The translations under genes and the position numbers were made by a program. A stretch of 64,000 nt of DNA. Source: Takakia lepidozioides. Its lineage: Eukaryota > Plantae > Bryophyta. Below the pieces are notes generated by a model. That model was not told the DNA's origin, did not search any database, and saw only the letters and a list, made by a program, of their open reading frames with translations. The stretch is from positions 8,432,001 to 8,496,000 of the forward strand of contig CM060731.1 in the NCBI GenBank assembly GCA_030704615.1. The letters run 5' to 3'. Position 1 is the first letter of the stretch. Each line of letters starts with the position of its first letter. Below, one piece after another: positions 63,113-64,000 of this stretch.

Positions 63113-64000
63113 CTGCATTTACACCACATTGACCACAAACACAAGAATCAATGCCATACGTACTTGAAAAGAATAGCAACAGAGGGCAGAGATGAAGAGT
63201 GGAGCGTTACCAAACAGTTTGACACATTTGCAGCTATATGTAGACCACAATATACTTGCATATACAACCGTTATGTCACGTTTTTAAATAGTAGAACTCC
63301 CAATAGATACCAAAGGGGCAGCATGACATATTCTACAAGCAAAATTTAACAACAAGACAATATGTGCGAGAAAGAATACAAACATGATCTGAATTGGTAG
63401 TGACACAAGAGTGCACGATGGCTAGGTCACTTTTTGACCACCTTGACCAAAACTAGTACCAAAGAGTGATGCTATCTAGAGCATGCTTTAATTTAGTTTG
63501 GGGTGATCATATCATCGTATAATCAAAATAAAACTAAATAGATCCAAGATGTGTTTATTCAAATAGTCATAAAACATGTTCTTTGAAAATTCAATAAAAC
63601 CTTAGTTACACCTTCCTTTATTGTGATCTAAGTTCCCTTGTGCTCATTCAGGATAACTCTATCACCCCATCTAGGATTTCAGAAGGAACACCATTACTTT
63701 AAAAAAGCCTAATTACTTGAAAGTTTATAAATTTTGGTCAATCATTGGCAAATATCACGTCATTGCCGTCTTATATTGAACCCGGATTACTGAAAAAAAC
63801 CTAATCATTTCAGAAAATAGTTTTTTCAAATATACGTTTTTTTTAACTATATTTATTCATATACTAATAAAATAGAATAGTAGAGCAAGTTTGATTTTAA
63901 ATGCTCAAGGTATAATGTTAATGATGTATAGTTATTGTTTTGTAATATATTCAGTGTTAATCGTAAATATTCTTTTAAGTTTTATTCTATTTTGTGGTGA

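Overview
Eukaryotic nuclear DNA, most likely from a non-seed land plant (bryophyte/lycophyte-like). This is inferred from plant-type genes occurring together with a self-priming chromovirus and piggyBac elements. The window is TE-rich with a few host genes: an intronless GRX-like (glutaredoxin + CxxC) gene, a probable OVATE-domain gene, an intronless TPX2/WVD2-like gene, and a pyruvate decarboxylase gene broken into two oppositely oriented halves. The most unusual content is twofold. (i) At 0.8-8 kb, a decayed multi-exon plus-strand unit combines a beta-class N4/N6 DNA-methyltransferase-like segment, an acidic tract, a duplicated exon and three tandem FCP1/NIF (HAD) phosphatase-like domains with degenerate active sites. 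(ii) There is a piggyBac family: one nearly intact 3.7-kb element with TTAA TSDs and TIRs, plus several remnants. It carries a conserved ~120-aa extra domain upstream of the transposase. Also present are a non-autonomous chromovirus with three LTRs, a Tf1-type self-priming site and an extra 3' ORF, inserted in a trihelix pseudogene; scrambled Copia fragments; hAT-like MITEs; short poly(A) retroposons; and fold-back repeats. Domain calls come from motif recognition by eye, not database searches.
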